NCBI GenBank assembly: GCA_000004695.1
Contig: CM000153.2
Location: 3,648,001-3,712,000, forward strand
DNA from: Dictyostelium discoideum
Lineage: Eukaryota
DNA length: 64,000 nucleotides
Reading direction: 5' to 3'
The position numbers and the translations under genes are program-made. Below, piece by piece: positions 17,650 through 31,800 of the stretch; within the stretch, counting starts at the first letter, position 1, and each line of letters opens with the position of its first letter. Below the pieces are notes generated by a model. That model was not told the DNA's origin. It made no database searches and saw nothing but the letters and a program-made list of their open reading frames with translations.

Positions 17650-18684
17650 ATGAAGTTTTTTCAAATTTTATTAGTTTTTTTTATTGTTGTAATTAATTTA
17701 ATTAAAGCACAAATTGCTTCAAAATTTCAAATAACAATTTTAAATGGATGTGATCAAACTTTTACAGCTGAACTAGATAAATGCTCAACAATTGGTGCAT
17801 GTGGTTTTTCGTATGCCAAAGTAACATATGATTCATTCATGGGTGATTTTACTGTAAATATGTATAAAGAAAATATGTTTAGATGTAATGAAGCTATGCC
17901 AGACAATTTTATAATTTTTGATTGTGGATCTGGTAGTTCATTCCCAGGCCAATACTCAATAAAGTGTATTAAACCGTCTGCAACAACAGCAACAACAACA
18001 ACAATATCAACAACTTCACATTCAACAACAACAACAACAATATCAACAAGTTCTACAACTTCATCTACAACAAATGGAAATACAATTAGTAGTGGAGATA
18101 GTGGTAGTGGTGGTGGAACTAAATCATCAACAACTGCACATTTGTTTTCCTCTTTAAGTTCTACATCTTCTTCCTCTACATCACCACCACCAACTACAAC
18201 TTCAACTACAACTTCAACTACATCTTCTTCCTCTACATCACCACCACCAACTACAGCTTCAACTACAGCTTCAACTACAACTTCAACTACATCTTCTTCA
18301 TCAACTACTGGCGGAGTTAGTGGTGCAACTTGTGAAATAACTTCAAACTCAAGTTTAATAGTTAGTTATATAGCAAATACACCATATATTCAGTGCAATG
18401 GTTCCCCAGATTTAAACTGTAATGGTTTATGTTCAAATAATTCAAATTATACTAGAACTTGCTACGCTAATAAATTCATCAATTGTTCAGGTATATCTAT
18501 CAAATGTTCAATTGATAGTGTTGAAGTTTGCAAAGTACATTGGCAATATGACCCATCTTCAACTACCTCAACCTCTGAAGTTGGACCATTACCAAATCAT
18601 TCAATTTCAAATTTCAATTTCATTTCAACATTTTACATTACATTTATATTATTAACTATTTTTCAATATCATTTAATCATTTGA
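17650..18684 (+). CDS. Secreted or GPI-anchored Ser/Thr-rich (mucin-like) glycoprotein with Cys-containing N- and C-terminal domains (344 aa)
   Basis: N-terminal signal peptide MKFFQILLVFFIVVINLIKAQ. A long central T/S/P-rich region with reiterated SSSSTSPPPTT units. A Cys-rich C-terminal domain followed by the hydrophobic tail FYITFILLTIFQYHLII, which is GPI-signal-like. Confidence 0.6.
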   Translation: MKFFQILLVFFIVVINLIKAQIASKFQITILNGCDQTFTAELDKCSTIGACGFSYAKVTYDSFMGDFTVNMYKENMFRCNEAMPDNFIIFDCGSGSSFPGQYSIKCIKPSATTATTTTISTTSHSTTTTTISTSSTTSSTTNGNTISSGDSGSGGGTKSSTTAHLFSSLSSTSSSSTSPPPTTTSTTTSTTSSSSTSPPPTTASTTASTTTSTTSSSSTTGGVSGATCEITSNSSLIVSYIANTPYIQCNGSPDLNCNGLCSNNSNYTRTCYANKFINCSGISIKCSIDSVEVCKVHWQYDPSSTTSTSEVGPLPNHSISNFNFISTFYITFILLTIFQYHLII

Positions 18685-18929
18685 AAATTAAAATAATAAT
18701 AATAATAATAATAATTTAAAAAAAAAAAAAATATTCTTCCGCTGTGTATATAATAATAAATAAAAAATATTTTAAATTTTGAAACATTCCTTTTTTTTTT
18801 TTTTTTTTCTTTATCTATTTAAACTATTGTTTAAAATTATATATTTATCTTTAAAAAAAAAAAAAAATAGATAAAAAGTAGATATAAATTATAGTATATA
18901 TTTTTTATTATTGAAATAATTTGATTTAT

Positions 18930-21900
18930 TTATTTATTTATTTTTTTATTTAGCATAGTATTTAATTGTTTCTTTTTCTTTCTATCTCTAAATACAAAAG
19001 CACCTATACCAGCAATTGCAACAGCAGCAGCACCACCAATTGATACACCAGTTGCTAATTTCCAATCGACAGTTTTATCATCTTCACATATACCAGTTGG
19101 TTTATTATTGACATTTAAGAGCATACCAAAATCTGGATCAATTAATGATTCATTTTTAAAGTATGGTACGGAAATACCAATCACAGAAGTGGTTCTAGAT
19201 GGTGATTCTAAAGATTCAATATGTGCAATAACTGGATGACCATCAACTGATGCATAGGAAATGAATCTTGTGATCATACCAGTTTCAGGATTTTCAGTGG
19301 TTGTCCAAAGATGTTGATTATAAGTTGAAACGGTTGGTCCATCAATTGAACATTGATTGGCATCATCATTCAATAAAAGAGTTTCAGTTTGAACAACGAT
19401 TCTAAGGGAATTTAATTTTCTAAGGAATGGCCATTTTTGAGTTTTGAATGAAAGTTTAATTGATTCTGATGGAATTACAAAAGAGTTTGAAGCAAAGGTA
19501 ATATTACGTGATTGTTTAAAGTATTCAAATGTTGCTTCCAAATAAGATTGATTTTCAAGAGTAATATTGAAAGTCCATTGATTAGTTGATGAATGACGAC
19601 CCCATTTAGATTGTAATAAATCGATTGAAACTTCAACTTGATCATTAATATCTAATTCTTCAATTCTAATGATGGTGATTTTATAACCAAATCCATTTTC
19701 ACTATTATTGCTACCAACATTAATTGATGGAACATCGACTGTTGGTGGGATTGGATCAATTTCTGCACGAGTTTCATTACATGAAAGACCAGTGAAACCA
19801 ATATCACAAACACAACCACTTGGAGTACATTGACCTTTTCCACTACAATCCAATGGGCATCGAGTATCTTCCAATGTTGAGTAAGTGAAATAGTAATCAT
19901 TGGCAACTGGTAAATTATCAACAACCAAATCAATTAATTGAGAGTAAATAACAGATGTTGACTCTAATTCACAAGTTAACTCTGTATGAGATTTAATTTC
20001 AACATTACTACAATGTTTATTACCAACACTAAGAGTAGCAAAAGATTTAGTTACCAAACCAAAGTTTTCACCAAAAACTGTTAAAATACCACCACTTGAA
20101 TAGACGTTTGATGTTGATTTAATAATTGGATTTGCATAGGTTATATAGGTTGTATCTGTGTTTGTTACAGATTCATTATATAATCTAATATAATTGTAAC
20201 TACCTGAACCTTGACCAATTGTACAAGTAATCTGTTCATTTGATATTATTTGGGATACTGGGCAATTAATTGAGTTGATAATTATTTCAACTAAACCTAA
20301 AGTTGGGAGATTTCTACCAGTTATTGTAATTAAATCATTACCAATAGTTGGTGGATTATGTGAATAACTAACAATATATGGTGCACCAATAAAATTGAAA
20401 GGATCTGATAAAATGTTATTTGCTTCAACTATAACATTACCAATAACTTCTTTACCTTCTCTACTTGAACATTCAGTATATGTATCATTACCAGTAACAT
20501 AATCACAAATCATTTCACCAATTGTAACCTTTGTATCAAACTCTACGAAATTGATACCTTGAACAACAAATATATTGGATCTGAATGGTTTTTGATAAAA
20601 ATTTGTAATGATAGGTTTTGGTTCACATGTAAATGGAGATGAATGAGAATAATCTGATGGATTACATTGACAAACATAACTACCATTTCTATTTTCACAA
20701 ATTGTATTTGAACTACATTCATTCAATTCATTTGATAAACATTCATTAATATCTTCACAATAGGTACTATTATTTGAAAATCCATTCGATGGACAAATAC
20801 ATGAATAGGAACCATCGGTATTTTGACAAGAAGTAAATTCACCAACACATTTATTATCACCATTTTCACATTCATCAATATCATCACATGATAATTTATT
20901 TTCATTTAATGTAAAACCTGAATTACATGAACATGAGAAACTACCAACTGAATTTGTACAAACTTGAATACAACCACCATTATCAGTAGAACATTCATCA
21001 ATATCATCACATTTTTTATTGTCTTGATTTAATAAATAACCTGAATTACAAGAACATTGGAAACTACCTTGTAAGTTTTTACAAACGTGTTGACAATCAC
21101 CATTATTAGTTAAACATTCATCAATATCATCACAATTTTTGTTGTTTTGATTTAAAGTGAAACCTAAATTACATGAACATTGGTAACTACCTATTTGGTT
21201 TATACAAATTTGTCCACAATCACCGTTATTAGTTGAACATTCATCAATGTCATCACATGTTTTGTTATTTTTATTTAATGCAAAACCTGAGTTACAATAA
21301 CATCCGAAACTACCTGGAATATTTGCACATTTTTGATCACAACCACCATTATTTGAAATACATTCATCAATATCATCACAAGACTTTTTATTATCAACAT
21401 TTAAAGTATAACCTGAATCACATGAACATGAGAAACTACCAACTGAATTTGTACAAATTTGACTACAACCACCATTATCAGTAGAACATTCATCAATATC
21501 GATACAACCTGAACCTGTAAATGAGTAACCATTTGGACATGAACATTGATAACTTCCTGGAGAGTTTGCACAATTTGCAGTTCCACAAATATTTTGATCA
21601 CATTCATTTATATCATCACATGATAATTTATTTGAATTTAATGTAAAACCTGAATTACATGAACATGAGAAACTACCAACTGAATTTGTACAAATTTGAC
21701 TGCAACCACCATTATCAGCAGAACATTCATCAATATCAATACAACTTGAACCTGTAAATGAGTAACCACTTGGACATGAACATTGGTAACTTCCTGGTGA
21801 ATTTGTACAATTTGCAGTGCCACAAATCTTTTGATCGCATTCATCTATATCAATACAACCTGAACCAGTAAATGAATAACCACTTGGACATGAACATTGA

Positions 21901-23469
21901 TAACTTCCTGGTATATTAGTGCAATTTGCAGTTCCACAAATCTTTTGATCGCATTCATTTATATCATCACATGATAATTTATTTGAATTTAATATAAAAC
22001 CTGAATTACATGAACATGAGAAACTACCAACTGAATTTGTACAAACTTGTGTACAACCACCATTATTAGTTAAACATTCATTTTTATCTGTACAAGTCTT
22101 TTTATCAGTACTCAATAAATAACCTGAATTACATGAACATGAGAAACTACCTGCTGAATTTGTACAAACTTGACTACAGCCGCCATTATTAGTTGAACAT
22201 TCATTTATATCATTACAATTCTTTTTATCAGTACTTAATATATAACCAGAATTACATGAACATGAGAAACCACCTGCTGAATTTGTACAAACTTGTGCAC
22301 AACCCCCATTATTAGTTGAACATTCATCAATATCTACACAACTTGAACCTGTAAATGAGTAACCACTTGGACATGAACATTGATAACTTCCCACTGTATT
22401 TGTACAGTTTGCAGTACCACATATTTTTTGATCGCATTCATTTATATCTGCACAAGTCTTTTGGTCAGTACCTAATAAATAACCTTGATTACATGAACAT
22501 GAGAAACTACCTGCTGAATTTGTACAAACTTGATTACAACCACCATTATTAGTTGAACATTCATTTATATCTGTACAGGTCTTTTTATCAGTACCTAATG
22601 AATAACCTGAATTACATGAACATGAGAAACTACCAACTGAATTTGTACAAATTTGATTACAACCACCATTATTAGTTGAACATTCATTTATATCTGCACA
22701 AGTCTTTTGGTCAGTTCCTAATGAATAACCTGAATTACATGAACATGAGAAACTACCTGCTGAATTTGTACAAACTTGATTACAACCACCATTATTAGTT
22801 GAACATTCATTTATATCTGCACAAGTCTTTTTATCAGTACCTAATGAATAACCTGAATTACATGAACATGCGAAACTACCTGCTGAATTTGTACAAACTT
22901 GATTACAACCACCATTATTAGTTGAACATTCATTTATATCTGTACAGGTCTTTTTATCAGTACCTAATGAATAACCTGCATTACATGAACATGCGAAACT
23001 ACCTGCTGAATTTGTACAAACTTGATTACAACCACCATTATTAGTTGAACATTCATTTATATCTGTACAAGATTTTTTATCACTATTCAATGTGTAACCT
23101 GCTCTACAAGAACATGTGAAACTACCTGCTGTATTTGCACAATTATGAGCACAACCACCATTATTAGTTGAACATTCATTTATATCTACACAAGTCTTTT
23201 TATCAGTACCTAATGTGTAACCTGCTCTACATGAACATGCGAAACTACCTGCTGAATTTGTACAAACTTGATTACAACCACCATTATTAGTTGAACATTC
23301 ATTTATATCTGTACAAGATTTTTTATCACTATTCAATGTGTAACCTGCTCTACAAGAACATGTGAAACTACCTGCTGTATTTGCACAATTATGAGCACAA
23401 CCACCATTTGAAGTTGAACATTCATTTATATCTAAATTAAAGTTTATTTTTTGAAATTGAAAAAAAAAA

Positions 23470-23505
<36 letters not shown>

Positions 23506-24240
23506 GTTAGGAAAAGTGAAAAAAAAGTAGAGGGCAGGAAAAGTTGAAAAAAAAGTTGAGGGAAGGAAGAGTTTAAAAAAAAAAAGTTGAGAGAAGGAAA
23601 AGTTGAAAAATAGAAAAAAAAAAGAATTGAAACAAAATAAAAAATAAAAGAAAATATAATACAAACCTGTGCATGAAGGAGCTGTTCCTGTATAACCGCT
23701 TGGACAAACTGCTGAATAAATTTCTAGGTACCTAACATCTGTGATTGTTCCTTTTCCTTTTGTACATAAATTTTTAGTAGCATCAGATGTTATTGGTTTA
23801 GAATTTGATTCAACCATATCACCTTGATTTGAACAAAATGAAACAACCAAATATCTATTGGTTGTTGAGAAGGTGATTGTACCAATTGTATAGGCTTGAT
23901 AACCACCACAATTTAGCACTGATGAGAAAAGAACTTCTGTAGTGAAGCCTCCAACATCTAAAATGTCTACACACCAATACCAAGTTAATTGATTATTTGT
24001 AATTGGTGCAGTTCTGACTGGGTATTCCACTGACCATCCGGATGGACATGGATTTGCAGAACCTGATAACCAGTAAAAATCACTCTTTGAACCTGATCTA
24101 CAAGTGGCTGTAGTAATTTGAGTTATAACTTGTTTAACACATGCTCCATTAGCTAATGTTGTTCCTGCTGGACATGTTTGACAAAATACTCTCCCCAAAA
24201 AAATTAATAAAAATATAAAATTTAAAAATAATGACTTCAT
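18930..24240 (-). CDS. Large type-I membrane protein with signal peptide, a Cys-rich N-terminal domain, about 26 tandem calcium-binding EGF-like repeats, an extracellular beta-rich region and a single C-terminal TM helix. Two exons: 23667..24240 and 18930..23431 (about 1691 aa).
   Basis: Exon 1 starts MKSLFLNFIFLLIFLGRVFC... and ends ...GTAPSCT. The donor is G|GTTTGTATTA (minus strand about 23666) and the acceptor TTAATTTAG|ATATAAATGAATG (about 23432). The junction regenerates the reiterated CTDINEC motif. cbEGF repeats read D(I/K)NEC..NNGGC.Q.C.N..GSF.C.C. The C-terminus reads ...GVSIGGAAAVAIAGIGAFVFRDRKKKK. Confidence 0.8.
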
Positions 24241-24733
24241 TATTATTTTTATATATACACGAAATAGTATGAAATAAAAAAAGGGAAGCTTTAAAAAAAA
24301 AAATATGTGCACGAAAATAATCAAACAATAAATGTGATTAAACAAAAAAATTAGAAAAAATTCGAAAACACAAAAAACTATCTAGATTCCAACCCAAAAA
24401 AAAAGAAGGGCAATGGAAATTATCTAGATTAATATAAAAAAAAGTAAAAAATCATAATCCAACCTCAAAAAAAAAATATCTGATTTTGATTTTTTTTTTT
24501 TATTCCAAACCAACTCCCAAATTTTTTTTATTTTTTTTATTTTTTTTTTTTTTTTAATTTTCCTAAAACACCATAAAATTCTTTTTTTGGTTGCCGGTAC
24601 ATAGATTAAAATATGTTTTTGATTTTTTTTTTTTTTTTAGATGTGCAATTGTGTTTAATTTCGAGCTCAAATTTTTACCAGTGATCAAAATTAATTAATT
24701 TCATAAATTTATTTCTTTATTTTATTTCTTTTT

Positions 24734-24735
<2 letters not shown>

Positions 24736-24828
<93 letters not shown>

Positions 24829-24829
24829 C
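24736..24829. repeat. (AAT)n microsatellite of about 31 units. Similar (ATT)n/(AAT)n runs occur at 25429-25496, 43587-43653, 57736-57890 and 58795-58882.
   Basis: Perfect trinucleotide array, typical of Dictyostelium intergenic and intronic DNA. Confidence 0.9.
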
Positions 24830-24944
24830 TTTAAAAAAATCATAGATTTGCTGTGATATAACTTATTACCTATAATGATAAAAAAGGTATTGAATTAAAA
24901 AATAGAATTGTGGGATTCAATATACTTCAATTCTTTTTTTTAGT

Positions 24945-24987
<43 letters not shown>

Positions 24988-25055
24988 CACTTTTTTTCAT
25001 TTTTTAATTTTTATTTTATTTTTTTTTTTTTTTTTCCAAAAGGTTATAATTAAAA

Positions 25056-25419
25056 ATGTCGAATACAACAACAACCGCAACAACAACAAATATAAATGAA
25101 AATAAAGTTAGAGAAATATATAAAGCCCCAATGAAAATTGGGGAAATTGAATATATACCCTATCAAGGTGAATCACAAATTCAAGATTTAATGAGTTTAA
25201 TAGAGAAAGAATTACCAGAACCATATTCAATTTTCACATATAGATTTTTTTTAAATCAATGGCCAGAGTTATGTTTTTTAGCATATTGTAATGGTCAATT
25301 GATTGGTGTTATCATTTCAAAGAAACAAACCCATAAATTATTAGAAAGAGGTTATATTGGAATGATTGTTGTAGATAAAACATTTAGAAGACAAAAAATT
25401 GGTATGTTTGCTTATTAAA

Positions 25420-25499
<80 letters not shown>

Positions 25500-25826
25500 T
25501 ATTTGGTTTTTTTTTAAAAAAATAATTTAAATAAAACTTTCATTTATAAATATAAAATGGAAATTTCAAACAAATCCATCAATTGAAACCCCATAATAAT
25601 AATAATAAAATTAGGATCAACTCTTATTAAATTAACAATTGAAAAAATGATTGAAATGAAATGTGATGAAGTTGTTTTAGAAACTATTTTTACAAATATT
25701 CAAGCGATTTCATTATATGAAAATTTAGGTTTCACAAGAATAAAAAGATTATTTAGATATTATACAATGGGAGCAGATGCAGTTAGGTTACTTTTACCTT
25801 TGAATGATAAATTTTTAATAAAATAA
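25056..25826 (+). CDS. N-alpha-acetyltransferase 30 (NatC catalytic subunit, MAK3/NAA30 ortholog). Exons 25056..25401 and 25615..25826 (185 aa).
   Basis: GNAT motif ...YIGMIVVDKTFRRQKIG|STLIKLTIEKMIEMKCDEVVLETIFTNIQAISLYENLGFTRIKRLFRYYTMGADAVRL. An intron with GTATGT donor (25402) contains (ATT)n. The acceptor is TTAG at 25611-25614. Confidence 0.8.
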
Positions 25827-26058
25827 AAAAACCAAAATAAATCATTTCAAAGCTTTTTTTTGGTTTTTGTAATTATAAAATTATATTTTTTATTATCTTT
25901 TTTTTTTAATATTTATTCTTTCTTTCTTTTGTTAATTTGTTTTTTTTTTTTTATTTAAAAAAAGGTTAACATCATCTTTATGAATAAAAAAAAAAAACAT
26001 TAAAAATGAAATTTATAGGAATGTAATTTGTGATGAGTTTATTTATTTTTTTTTTCTC

Positions 26059-28096
26059 TTAATTAGATTTTGGAGGTCTTCCTCTACCTCTTTTAGATGG
26101 CGTTAAATTAACATTATTATTAATATTGTTATTATTATTATTGTTTTTAAAGCTTGGTCTACCTCTTCCTTTTGGTTTTGATTTTGGTTTTTCTAATAGA
26201 TTTAAAAATTCTTCATCATCAATATCACCACCATTATTTGATTCAGACTCACTTCCATCCTCACCACTATATCCATCCTCACCACCGCTTTCATTATCGC
26301 TATTATTATTACTATTTACATCTGATTGATCTTCGTCTTCTTCTTCTTCACTTTGATCAATCTTTTTTCTTCCTCTCTTTCTTGGTGTTGTTACTTTTGG
26401 TGTTGTTTGTTTTGATCTTGGTTTTGGTTTTGGTTTTTCTTGATAATCTTCTTCGTCCTCTTCTTGATTATTATCATCTTCATCTTCATCTTCAAATATT
26501 AACCTATTCGTTCTTTGTCTCTTTGTTATTGGTTCAGTTTGATTTTTAATTGATTTTCTCTTTTTATTGGTTGAATCTCCATCATTATCGTCATCGTCAT
26601 CATCATCATTATAATCATTATCAGTACCATTTTGGTTTTTATCGTCATTATCTGAATCATCTAAAATCTTTCCGCCATTTTGATGAGATGAATTATTATC
26701 ATCAATGAAACCATCATCATCACTTTCTTCATTTGACTGATTTGAACGAGATCTGGTGAGTCTACCTGTAATTAATCTCTTTGACGGTGTAGATGAAGTT
26801 GTAGTGGTAGTTGTAGTGGTGGTGGTGGTAGCGTTAGCCTTCTTTCTTCCTCTTTTCGATGGAGTTCTATTTACATTGATGCCACCTTCATCCTCTGAAG
26901 GACTTAATAATGATCTTGTGATATTTTTACCAGTTTTTGAATTATCATGTTCAGAATCTGATATACTAATATCACCTTCTAAACCATCACCATTACGACT
27001 TTTATTATTACCATGATTATTATTTGCAAGATTATCATCATCATCATCATCATCATTTGTTACACCACTAACCATACTATCATCCTCATCATCCAATTGA
27101 CTATCATCTTTATCGGCAGCCATCGATTTCAAAGTGAAAGAATCGAAACTACCACCACTTTGTAATAATATATCAGATGGAGTATAATTTGCAGCTTCTT
27201 TTAATATATCAGAGATCCTATGAAAAACCAATTTTGAGTTCTTTGCAACCATTGTATTTGGTTTATTATAAACGTAAGCATCAATCATAATTAACTTTGC
27301 ATCGAAATAGATTGCATCCAAACTTCTATAATAACTTGACTCTAATCTTTTTATAATTGTACTAATATCCATTGGATGTGGAACAAATCTAATATACAAT
27401 GGATATAATTTCAAATCTACAGGTTCACTATAAATATCGGTGATTTCGTCATTCTCTAAAAATTCTTTCATCTCTTTCTTTAAATTTTCAATCTTTTCAT
27501 CTTCAATACTTTCAACATATTGGATTTTAATTCTTAATATATTATCTTTAAAATTATTATTATTATTATTATTATTGTTGTTGTTGTTGTTGTTATTATT
27601 ATTATTAGATGTTTCTGTTGTGGTAGTGGTAGTGGTAGTAGTATTTGAAGTAGTTGCAGTTGGGGGTGAATTAAAATTGTTATTGGTATTATAATTCATA
27701 ATATTTGAAGAGCTATTATTAAAATTACTATAGTTTGTATTGAAATTATTGGTATAATTGTAATTTGTAGGTTGTAACTGTGAATTATAATAGATATTGT
27801 TTAATTGAGGTTGTTGTTGATTTTGCATGGTAGAATTTTGAGGATAGGTTTGCATATACATATTTGAATTGTTTGGGTCAAGATATGAATAATTTGAAGT
27901 ATTGTTGTTCATCATCATACCATTATAATTTCCTTGATACATATTATAATTCATAAAATTATTATTATTATTATTAAAATTTGTATAATCTAAAATTCCA
28001 CTCATTGATAAATTATTATTACTATTATAGTTGAAATTATTATTATTATTATTATTATTATTACCGCTATAATCAACTAAGCCACCATTTAAACTA

Positions 28097-28182
<86 letters not shown>

Positions 28183-28808
28183 TACATTGGTATTGTTAAT
28201 TGATAATTGTTGGTTATTTTGTATTGGTTGTTGTTGTGGTTGTTGTTGTGGTTGTTGTTGTTGTTGTTGTTGATTATTTTCAATAACTTTTTCATTTTCA
28301 TTTTCATCTTTGATTTCTTTAATTTTTTGAGGATTTTGATCATCGTCAAATTTTTCATCAATTTCCCAATAATTAACTCTGTCTTCTTCTTCAGTATCAT
28401 CCCAAAGTACTTTAATATTCTCCCAAGGACTATTTGGAAAGAGAGGATCAGAATCAGAGATTTCAATGATTGTACCATTATACCAACCACTTGCAGGATA
28501 AAACATTCTAAAACGTTTATTTGGAACGGTCCAATCTGTAAGCATAGATTTTCTAACCTTTGATGCCAATACTAAATAATCTGGAATATCAGAGACATGA
28601 TAAATAACCGTATAAAAGTTTGATTCATCATTTTGATTTTGTGGTGGTACTTGTTGATCAAACACAGGTAATAATGTAATTACAACTTTATGAGTACCAT
28701 CTGGTGATATAAAATAATTTAAATTCTTAATAATACATTCTTGATAACTCTTTTTAATAATTTTTTGACTATCATCATCATCACTATTAATTTGTTGATC
28801 ATCAACAC

Positions 28809-28881
<73 letters not shown>

Positions 28882-31800
28882 ATTATTATTATTTAAAATA
28901 TAATTAACTATTGATTTATTATCTAAATTTGATTCAATTCCATTTGGTGGGAATTTCTCTAAATATTTGGTATGACCTTGATAGAAATAGAAAATGAAAT
29001 CACCAACTTGTGGTGAATAGAATGTTTCGGATGTTGTGGAAGTAATAGATAACCATTTTGGACAAACTGGTAAAATTTCTTTCTTTTTTCTAATATCATT
29101 TAATTTCTTTAATGCACTTGCTGTAAGATGATTTTGGTTGTGAGAGGTGGAGGAGGAGGAGGATGTTGATGATTTCTTTCTACCTCTTTTTTGAACTTTC
29201 TTATTTTTAACATTTTTTTTACCTTTTTTATTTCTTTTACTTTTATCACCACGCTTATTTTTGTTTGATTTTGATCCAGAATAATCTGAATCACTACCAT
29301 TAGCGCTACTATCATTTTCGCTACTATTATCACTACTATTGTCGCTATCATCATCACCACCACCACCACCACCATCACTACCATTATAACTTTCGCTACC
29401 ACTAAATTCATCATTATCATATCTATTTCTATGTTCATAATCATTATCATCACTATCTAAAATATTATCATTTAAATATTGATCATCATCATCCATTTCA
29501 ATTTCACCATCGTTTATTAAATTGTAACGTTTCTTTTGTTTATTGGATAAACGTTTATTGGAGACAGCTTTTCTATTATTATTATTACTATTATTATCAT
29601 CATCCTCTGGTAAATCAAAAGTATTCATAATTTCATTAAATTTAGAAGGACTTGTATTCCTTCTAGTGAATTTTTTAGATTGCTTTAATAGACGTTTCTT
29701 TCTTTTATCGGCTTTAATTTTAGATTTCTTTCTTGTTGACATTTTCTTACCATCACTATCATAGTCTTCGTCATCGTCATCATCATCATCATCATCCTGT
29801 TGTTGTTGTTGATGCTGTTGTTGTTGTTCATCTTCTGATGAATTTTCTGAAGCATCAGATGGATTAAAATCTTCATCAGATGGATCACTTGGAAAAATGA
29901 TTTCATCATCAATGATTTCCTCTTCAATTTGATCCCATGGTCTACGTGGTTTTTTTGGTATTTTTTTAGGTTGAGGTTTTGGTTCAGATGCAACGAAAAT
30001 AACAATTGGATGAGATGGGATATTGGAAGGATTACCTTGGTTAAAAGTATAAACTTCACGTCTTTCAAATTCCTTTTGAATTTTTAAATCTCTCTTATAG
30101 TTTGAAGTATTTTTGTAAGGTTCTAAATGATAGATAGCATCTTGATCAGTGAAATTATAATGATCTGGATAAGGTAAACCTTGATAATTGACCAACATTG
30201 CTCTTGGCATGAGATGGGGTGGTGTTTGAGTGAGTTCATCCAAAACATTTCCATTGGCATCACGAATTAATGGATGATAATCTGTTAAAAAGTATTGTTC
30301 GTTTGGTACTAATTTCTTTAGATTATTAATATCGGAACCTAAACCCAACTCAAACATAAACCATTTTCCAGTCGAATTTGTCACAATGAATTTTTGACCA
30401 TCGGGTGAGAAACAACCATCTAAAATCTGACATTGAAAACCTGGTTCTTGTAAAACGAATTTCTTTATAATCTCACCAGTTTCAATTGACCATAGAATCA
30501 CTTGAGAGTCATAACCTGAACTCATTATCAATCTTGAATCGAACGGATGACAACTAGTTACATAGACCTCTGATGTATGTTCAGCCATTTCCAAATGAAA
30601 ACTACCATCCAATGAATTCCAAACCCTAATCATATTGTAATCGGTGGTGATGATAAAACGATCGTCATGTGACCAAATCACATTTTTAAAGGTTGCTTTT
30701 GATCTTGCCACTTTTTTAGGATGACTATTTGCTTGATTTGGACGTTGAGTATTTTTAATATTAAAAATTACATGATCCCATTTTGGTCCACCACTATGTC
30801 TCCAAATGATAACGGTACCATCATAACTACCCGACACAATTGCATCACTACCATGACTATATTGTAATGCTAAAATTGTAGTTGGATGACCCTCTAATGT
30901 ATTTACCAATTTTGGTGGATTAAATAATGTTGACCAAATCTTTAATGAACTATCAACACTAGCTACAATTAATGTACCACCTTTATTCATTGTTGTACCT
31001 GTAATTTCATTAGTTTTACCTGGTGTTGTTGTTGTTGTTGTTGTTGCTATTGTTGCTGTTGCTGTTGTTGCTGTTGTTGTTATTGCCGTTGTTATCGTAG
31101 TTGCAGTCAATATTGGTACTTCAGCATCTGTAATCATCTCTGTATCTATTTGTTCATCATTAATATTACCTGTATTGATTGTACTTTGACTACCATTATC
31201 ATTTAATGATAAAGAAATTACATGATTTGATTTATCTAAATTCCAAAGTTTACATTGACCAAATGAATCACTCGATACTAATAATCTAGTGGTTGGATTT
31301 GATAAAAAAGAGATTGAAGTGATCGTATTATTAACAGATGGATCATGACCAGTCAATGATGCTATTGAATCATATTGATTTGAATTTAAATTCCAAATTC
31401 TAATGACATTATCATTTGAAGCAGTTGCAAGTAAACTATTATCAAAACTTGTACACATATCTGTAATATCACCTAAATGACCTCTTAAAGTTGCAATTAA
31501 TCTACCACTATATGTTGACCAAACTTTAACTAAATGGTCATCTGATCCTGTAAAATATAATCTACCAGATTTGTCAAATTGTAAACAATATGTTGGTGCT
31601 TTATGACCATATACTATTAAACTCTAAATAATAAAAATTATTATTATTAATATAAAAATAAAAATAAATAAAAATTCAAAAAATAATAAATACATACATT
31701 TTTAAAATTTGAATAAAATGAAATTGGTAATTGACTTGTTGATTTCAAAGATTTACTTATAACTTCTTGACCAGAAAGTTTAACTGGTATTGGTATACTA

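Noticed and set aside
19652-22552. Multiple short ORFs on both strands inside the EGF-repeat gene (for example 21233..21484, 21401..21607, 21638..21844, 22355..22552)
   Set aside because: They are out-of-frame or antisense readings of the highly repetitive cbEGF coding sequence.
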